Positions 25,646 through 32,000 of a stretch of DNA of 32,000 nucleotides are shown piece by piece. The notes beneath the pieces are model-generated. The model was not told the origin of the DNA. It saw nothing but the letters and a program-made list of their open reading frames with translations, and did not search any database. The position numbers were made by a program, and so were the translations under genes. How positions within the stretch are numbered: the stretch's first letter is position 1; the number at the start of each line of letters is the position of its first letter. Source of the DNA: Aliivibrio fischeri ES114 (GTDB taxonomy: Bacteria; Pseudomonadota; Gammaproteobacteria; Enterobacterales; Vibrionaceae); NCBI RefSeq assembly GCF_000011805.1, contig NC_006840.2. One strand, given 5' to 3'.

Positions 25646-26821
25646 ATGTTTGGTACAGCTCTGTCTTCTTCTGCAACAAAAGTATTATTACTTGGTTCTG
25701 GTGAACTAGGTAAAGAAGTGGCTATTGAATGTCAGCGTCTTGGTTTTGAAGTAATTGCGGTTGATCGCTACCTTAATGCTCCGGCAATGCAAGTGGCTCA
25801 CCGCAGTTACGCGATTGATATGCTTGATGCCAACGCCTTAGAAGAAGTCATTAATAAAGAACAACCTGATTTTGTGGTCCCTGAAATTGAAGCGATTGCA
25901 ACGGATAAGTTAGTTGAACTAGAGAAACAAGGCCTTAATGTTGTTCCAACGGCTAACGCGACAAAATTAACCATGAACCGTGAAGGTATTCGCCGTTTAG
26001 CCGCTGAAGAATTACAACTGCCGACGTCTCCTTATCGCTTTGTTGATAGCTATGAAGAACTTGTTGAAGCGGTGAAATTTGTCGGTATGCCTTGCGTTAT
26101 TAAACCGGTAATGAGCTCTTCTGGTAAAGGTCAAAGCGTTATCAAAACAGAAGCAGACATCCGTACTTCTTGGGATTATGCGCAAGATGGTGGCCGCTCT
26201 GGTGCTGGACGAGTCATTGTTGAAGGGTTTGTGGATTTTGATTATGAGATTTCATTATTAACCGTTCGTGCTGTTGATGGTGTTCATTTCTGCGCGCCAA
26301 TTGGCCATCGTCAAGAAGATGGTGACTACCGTGAATCATGGCAGCCACAAGTGATGACTGAGGCCGCATTAAAACAAGCACAAAATGCGGCAGAGAAAGT
26401 GGTAAACGCCCTTGGCGGTTATGGCTTATTTGGTGTAGAGCTTTTCATTAAAGGCGATAACATTTACTTTAATGAAGTCTCTCCTCGCCCACACGACACA
26501 GGTCTTGTGACACTTATTTCTCAAGAAATGTCTGAATTTGCCCTTCATGTTCGTGCATTTACTGGAATGCCAATTAATCAAGTTACACAATACGGTCCTT
26601 CGGCATCGTCAGTAATTTTAGGTCAAGGCACTTCGACCAATATTCGTTTTGATGGCTTAACCGAAGCGCTTTCTCAGCCTCAAACTCAAATCAAATTATT
26701 CGGTAAACCAGAGATTGATGGACGTCGACGTTTAGGTGTTGCGATTACACGTCGTGATAATTTAGAAACCGCTATTGAGGATGCAGTAACGGCTTCAAAT
26801 AAAGTTCAAGTAATCTATTAA
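25646..26821 (+). CDS. purT: Formate-dependent phosphoribosylglycinamide formyltransferase (GAR transformylase 2)
   Basis: [76 protein letters not shown] and [12 protein letters not shown]-type motifs are collinear with E. coli PurT. Confidence 0.95.
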   Translation: MFGTALSSSATKVLLLGSGELGKEVAIECQRLGFEVIAVDRYLNAPAMQVAHRSYAIDMLDANALEEVINKEQPDFVVPEIEAIATDKLVELEKQGLNVVPTANATKLTMNREGIRRLAAEELQLPTSPYRFVDSYEELVEAVKFVGMPCVIKPVMSSSGKGQSVIKTEADIRTSWDYAQDGGRSGAGRVIVEGFVDFDYEISLLTVRAVDGVHFCAPIGHRQEDGDYRESWQPQVMTEAALKQAQNAAEKVVNALGGYGLFGVELFIKGDNIYFNEVSPRPHDTGLVTLISQEMSEFALHVRAFTGMPINQVTQYGPSASSVILGQGTSTNIRFDGLTEALSQPQTQIKLFGKPEIDGRRRLGVAITRRDNLETAIEDAVTASNKVQVIY

Positions 26822-26838
26822 GTTACAAATATGTATAG

Positions 26839-26876
26839 CAGAATGGTTTCAAATACCGTTCTGTTGTACTTTTTTA
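26839..26876 (+). terminator. purT terminator
   Basis: CAGAATGGT (26839-26847) pairs with ACCGTTCTG (26855-26863), including one G-U pair. TTGTAC and then TTTTTT follow. Confidence 0.6.
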
Positions 26877-27009
26877 ACCTTCTTATTCTTTTTTTACTGC
26901 TAAATCCATTTAATTTGCTTTTTTCGTTACCTAACCGTTGCAAACTTACAGGATTAACAGGTATAAATAAGCTAACTCTTTTATTTTACTTACACCATGG
27001 ATGATGACT

Positions 27010-28200
27010 ATGTTTGAAAAAATCGCTGCCGCTCCTGCTGACCCTATTCTTGGCTTAACAGATGAATTTAAAAATGACCCTCGTGCTGAAAAAATCAACC
27101 TTGGTGTTGGTATTTACAAAAACGAAGCGGGTCAAACTCCAGTTTTAACCACAGTTAAAAAAGCAGAAGCAGTATTGCTTGATACAGAAAAAACAAAGTC
27201 ATACCTAACCATTCAAGGTACCGCAGAATACGGCCTTGCAGTACAAAAGCTACTGTTTGGCGCTGATGCACAAGTAATCACTGAAAAACGTGCACAAACA
27301 GCTCAAGCTCCAGGTGGTACTGGTGCGCTACGTGTAGCTGGTGAATTCATCAAACGTCAACTTGGCGATGTAAAAATTTGGATCAGCAACCCTACATGGG
27401 CAAACCACATTGGTGTATTTACTGCTGCTGGTATTGAAACAGCGCAATACACTTACTACAACGCAGAAACGAAATCTAAAGACTTCGCTGCAATGCTAAC
27501 GGATTTACAACAAGCGGAAGCTGGTGATGTGGTTCTTCTACACGGTTGTTGTCATAACCCTACTGGTATCGATCCAACGGCTGATGAGTGGGAAGAGCTA
27601 GCTAAACTATGTGCAAATAAAGGTCTACTTCCACTGTTTGATTTCGCATACCAAGGTTTTGCAAAAGGTGTTGAAGAAGATGCGGCTGGTTTACGTACTT
27701 TTGCTCAATACTGCCCAGAGCTGCTTGTAGCAAGTTCGTTCTCTAAGAACTTTGGTTTGTATAACGAGCGTGTTGGTGCATTTACTCTTGTTGCTAAAGA
27801 CGCAACGGTTGCTGCGGATGCATTCTCTCAAGTTAAAGCTATCATCCGTTCTATCTACTCTAACCCACCAGCTCACGGTGCTGCTGTTGTTACGCATATT
27901 CTTAATGACGATGCGCTACGTGCAGAATGGGAGCAAGAAGTCGCTGAAATGCGTGACCGTATTCAAGAGATGCGTACTTTGTTTGTTACCACACTAAAAG
28001 AGCAAGGTGTGGATGCAGACTTTAGCTTTATTGAACGTCAAAACGGTATGTTCTCTTTCTCTGGTCTTTCTAAAGAGCAAGTAAATCGCCTGAAAGACGA
28101 ATTCGCAATTTACATCGTTGGTTCTGGCCGTATCAGTGTTGCTGGTATGACAAAAGACAACATGCTTCCTTTATGTAAAGGTATTGCTGCGGTTCTTTAA
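27010..28200 (+). CDS. aspC: Aspartate aminotransferase
   Basis: [16 protein letters not shown]..., [37 protein letters not shown] (PLP Lys) and YSNPPAHGA are collinear with E. coli AspC. I chose the start at 27010 by alignment with E. coli MFENI; the track begins 3 codons earlier. Confidence 0.95.
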   Translation: MFEKIAAAPADPILGLTDEFKNDPRAEKINLGVGIYKNEAGQTPVLTTVKKAEAVLLDTEKTKSYLTIQGTAEYGLAVQKLLFGADAQVITEKRAQTAQAPGGTGALRVAGEFIKRQLGDVKIWISNPTWANHIGVFTAAGIETAQYTYYNAETKSKDFAAMLTDLQQAEAGDVVLLHGCCHNPTGIDPTADEWEELAKLCANKGLLPLFDFAYQGFAKGVEEDAAGLRTFAQYCPELLVASSFSKNFGLYNERVGAFTLVAKDATVAADAFSQVKAIIRSIYSNPPAHGAAVVTHILNDDALRAEWEQEVAEMRDRIQEMRTLFVTTLKEQGVDADFSFIERQNGMFSFSGLSKEQVNRLKDEFAIYIVGSGRISVAGMTKDNMLPLCKGIAAVL

Positions 28201-28226
28201 GAATCAGAAGTAATTGTAAGACATAG

Positions 28227-28256
28227 AAAAGGCGCTTTAATTAGCGCCTTTTTTTA
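28227..28256. terminator. Bidirectional terminator (aspC / methyltransferase gene)
   Basis: AAAGGCGCT (28228-28236) pairs with AGCGCCTTT (28243-28251), followed by TTTTTAT. Confidence 0.85.
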
Positions 28257-28264
28257 TGCCAGTT

Positions 28265-29458
28265 TCACACTTTCTTAGCCTGAATGACAATGTTCCTTGG
28301 GGTATCTTCTTTTAAACAAAATTCCCCGATACGAACGTTATAACCTGCCTCTTCTAATAATAAGACACGATCCAAACATAACCACACTTCCAATGGACGT
28401 TTAAATACTTGCTGCACTAAATCGCACTTTTCCATCACTACAAAGGCTTCTTTCCCTTTTTTTAACCAGTGAGAGAAGTCAACATCATCTGGTAATTGCA
28501 GCTTTTTATGCTCGCTAGCCCATTGGCAAAAAGCGTCAAAACCATCACTTAATAATGATTTTTTTATGCTTGGTACAGGGACATAATTATCATTGCCAGT
28601 AACACACTTCAGCAAGGCATTAAACCCTAATCGATATTGCATTTCCTGCTCTCGATGATGTTGTGTGCGTTTCCCTGCGGTTACTGTCTCTTGCAGTGGC
28701 AATCGCAAATCTTCTTTAGATAAACGGATCTGCGCTTGTTTTGATAATGCAGACAATCCTTCATAAACCGATGACTGAGTTAAATGAAAACAGCAAGGAG
28801 ATAAAGTAACAGCATCTATCGACTTATCGATGCCCTTTTGAATTAAACTTACGTGAAGATCACCACACGCATGCAAGGCGATTGCATGTTGGTTAGCTTT
28901 AATCAGTTCAGATGCACTTGTTGCCAACGCATCACCTTGAATAAACGTCATGTTTAATTGGTGTTTATCAGCGTATTCTTGACCGCTATGACATAAAGTA
29001 TCTTGCCACTCTAATGTGGTGACTGGTTTACCCGATGCCACATTAAGGACTCGACCTAAATATCCTTTACCACCACACCACTCTAGCCATTGCTCTTTAG
29101 GCTGTGAATATTGAATACCTAAAGCACTTAAATTGGTAATTTGCTGCCATTTACGACCGTTAATTCCAGAATCCAACCCTTTTGGCATCATTAGTGGAGC
29201 CGCTTGTAATTGCTCAAGCTGACTTAATGCATGAAGGTCATTAACTTCTGGAATAAAAGCTGACAGTGTTTGCGTTAATTTTTCAGGGACTCGCTTTAAT
29301 TCCTGCACCTCTGCCAGAGTTAATCCATCAAGCCAATGGCTTAAATTTTCATGCGTGGTGCGCCATGGATAATCTGAACTATGAAAAGCAGAAAATTGCC
29401 AAAAAAAGACCGTCTGCGATAACAAACGGTCTATATTTAAAAACTGCTGAGAATGCAT
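28265..29458 (-). CDS. Putative SAM-dependent methyltransferase (Methyltransf_32-like)
   Basis: EWCGGKGYLGRVL (glycine-rich motif I) and ALHACGDLH resemble the Methyltransf_32 family as I recall it. The substrate is unknown. Confidence 0.65.
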   Translation of the reverse strand: MHSQQFLNIDRLLSQTVFFWQFSAFHSSDYPWRTTHENLSHWLDGLTLAEVQELKRVPEKLTQTLSAFIPEVNDLHALSQLEQLQAAPLMMPKGLDSGINGRKWQQITNLSALGIQYSQPKEQWLEWCGGKGYLGRVLNVASGKPVTTLEWQDTLCHSGQEYADKHQLNMTFIQGDALATSASELIKANQHAIALHACGDLHVSLIQKGIDKSIDAVTLSPCCFHLTQSSVYEGLSALSKQAQIRLSKEDLRLPLQETVTAGKRTQHHREQEMQYRLGFNALLKCVTGNDNYVPVPSIKKSLLSDGFDAFCQWASEHKKLQLPDDVDFSHWLKKGKEAFVVMEKCDLVQQVFKRPLEVWLCLDRVLLLEEAGYNVRIGEFCLKEDTPRNIVIQAKKV

Positions 29459-29490
29459 TATATGCCCCTGAAAATAATATCAGGGCGATC

Positions 29491-30486
<996 letters not shown>

Positions 30487-30732
30487 TTACATTAAATTCT
30501 ACTTATACGATACAGTTATATACCTATTCCTACCTATTTTCAAAGTGTTATGTTTATTAATTATATTTCGAACATATTACAGACAAATACATTAAAGAAA
30601 TGTGAACAACTGTCGATAAATCTTAATGACAACCCGTATATAACTCCCCTATACGTTAAATTAACTATTGGAGTTAATCACCTGCTATTCATTTAGTTTA
30701 CAAGGTGTTACACTGGAAAATATTACTACTGG

Positions 30733-31512
30733 ATGTATGATAAAAATATGAATATTGCTCTTATTATTGGTCTTTTTGGGATTCTGCTTACATTGATTAT
30801 TGGCTATAACATCATTGTTCAATATAGAACAAAGATCGAATCTGCCAAAAAACAAGAATCTGCAAAGCATATGGTTATCATTGATTCTACTGAAGAATTA
30901 ATCAGTAACGCACACCATCTGCCTTACAGCAAAGAATTACTTGTTTGTTTGAATCAACGTATTCTTGATGCTTTAAGAGCGATTTCAGAGCTTGAACCGC
31001 ATGACCGCTCATACCCAGGCCGTATTGAGAACATGGAGCAACAGCTTCAGCAGTTAAAAACAGACTATACAGGTGGCGATAGCACCAACTTCAAAGTACC
31101 AAGTAACGATAAACAAGCTATCGTTATGTTAAAACTTGTTAAACGCCTTCGTGATACCCTCCGTGCTGAACACCGTAAAGGACGTGTTAATACACAAGTA
31201 TTTGTGGCTGAAAACGCTCGCCTTGAATCTATTCAAGTTCGTATCAATATCGAAAACGTGGTTAAACGTGCTAAAGAGGCAACACAGCGTGGCCAAGCTG
31301 GTACCGCTCGTCAATTACTTAAGAAAGGTATTGATGCCCTTTCAAGCAAAAACGATGGCTACTCAAACAAGGCTCGCACTCGTTTACAAGAAATGCTTGA
31401 TGAATTAAATAATAAGACTAAGAAGAAACAAGACCAAGAATTACAAGATCAATTGGATAAGAATAAAGACGACGATATCGATGTTCTTTTCCAGCCAAAG
31501 AAAAAATGGTAA
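30733..31512 (+). CDS. Hypothetical N-terminally membrane-anchored coiled-coil protein
   Basis: TM segment NIALIIGLFGILLTLIIGYNII followed by a long charged helical region and a KKKQDQELQDQLDKNKDDD tail. The start is uncertain (ATG 30733 or 30748), with no clear SD. Confidence 0.65.
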   Translation: MYDKNMNIALIIGLFGILLTLIIGYNIIVQYRTKIESAKKQESAKHMVIIDSTEELISNAHHLPYSKELLVCLNQRILDALRAISELEPHDRSYPGRIENMEQQLQQLKTDYTGGDSTNFKVPSNDKQAIVMLKLVKRLRDTLRAEHRKGRVNTQVFVAENARLESIQVRINIENVVKRAKEATQRGQAGTARQLLKKGIDALSSKNDGYSNKARTRLQEMLDELNNKTKKKQDQELQDQLDKNKDDDIDVLFQPKKKW

Positions 31513-31530
31513 CCAATACCTACCAAAAAA

Positions 31531-31556
31531 AAGATCGCATAATGCGATCTTTTTTA
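31531..31556. terminator. Bidirectional terminator (30733-31512 gene / miaE)
   Basis: AAGATCGCAT (31531-31540) pairs with ATGCGATCTT (31542-31551). It is flanked by an A-run and TTTTT. Confidence 0.8.
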
Positions 31557-31574
31557 TGTCTGTCTTAATAACAC

Positions 31575-32000
31575 TTAAACAGGAACACCACTGTGGAATT
31601 TAAAATCACTGTCTGGTGTTAATATCAAATCCGCTTCAACCTGAGCAAAAAATGCAACACGCTCATCCACATTCCCCCCAGCAACCTGCTGTGCTAGTGC
31701 TAAGTAATCTTGATAATGACGAGATTCAGATCGAAGTAATGAAATGTAGAACTTAGCCAAATCATCATCTAAAAACGGAGCTAACTTAGCAAAGCGCTCA
31801 CAAGAACGAGCCTCAATAAAAGCACCAATGATCAACTTATCAATTAAGGTACATGGCTCATGAGTAATCACTCTCGTAAATAACCCTTTTGCATAGCGCC
31901 CTGCTCTAATATTTTGATAAGGCACACCACGCTGATCCATAATTTCTAATACTTGATAAAAATGATGAAGCTCTTCTTTTATCAATAACACCATTTTATC
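31575..32000 (-). CDS. miaE: tRNA-(ms2io6A37)-hydroxylase MiaE, C-terminal part (5' end lies beyond the right edge)
   Basis: EELHHFYQVLEIM, AFIEARSCERFAKLAP and LLRSESRHYQDYL match MiaE diiron-hydroxylase motifs. The frame stays open to position 32000 (..DKMVLLIKEE), so the listed Met is probably internal. Confidence 0.8.
   Translation of the reverse strand, partial: DKMVLLIKEELHHFYQVLEIMDQRGVPYQNIRAGRYAKGLFTRVITHEPCTLIDKLIIGAFIEARSCERFAKLAPFLDDDLAKFYISLLRSESRHYQDYLALAQQVAGGNVDERVAFFAQVEADLILTPDSDFKFHSGVPV

Overview
Low-GC gammaproteobacterial chromosome segment. Gene content and order (sbcB-yohJK-cdd, purT, aspC, cysB, miaE, a Vibrio-like DnaK) suggest Vibrionaceae, possibly Aliivibrio or Photobacterium; this is inference only. 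The right two thirds (about 12.4-32 kb) is mostly ordinary housekeeping DNA with clean terminators and recognisable PurR and CRP-type sites. The left third looks accessory. It holds an edge-truncated Cap4/DUF4297-like nuclease gene. It also holds a divergent helicase IV-type gene of about 970 codons, with an internal nuclease-like insert and three topoisomerase-type zinc ribbons, broken by one in-frame TGA. Next comes an ibpA-dnaK tandem with a ROSE-like RNA thermometer but no dnaJ or grpE, then an exported protein of unknown function. A hipBA toxin-antitoxin module follows, with three phased HipB operators, and then a light-repair cluster (DUF2256 + Fe-S (6-4) photolyase-like gene, divergent from a small unknown gene + CIA30). 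I found no rRNA, tRNA, CRISPR array, IS element or integron attC site by eye, and no clear-cut new multi-gene system. The best candidates are: (1) a signal peptide-Sel1 repeat-TM-coiled coil-J domain protein at 15301-16287, apparently a trans-envelope DnaK recruiter; (2) the ibpA-dnaK cassette, whose DnaK has substitutions at two nearly invariant Hsp70 positions; (3) the nuclease/helicase pair at the left edge; (4) an amidase-signature protein whose nucleophile Ser is Gly; (5) an orphan PBP2 paralog without RodA. All functional calls rest on my recall of protein families, because no searches could be run.
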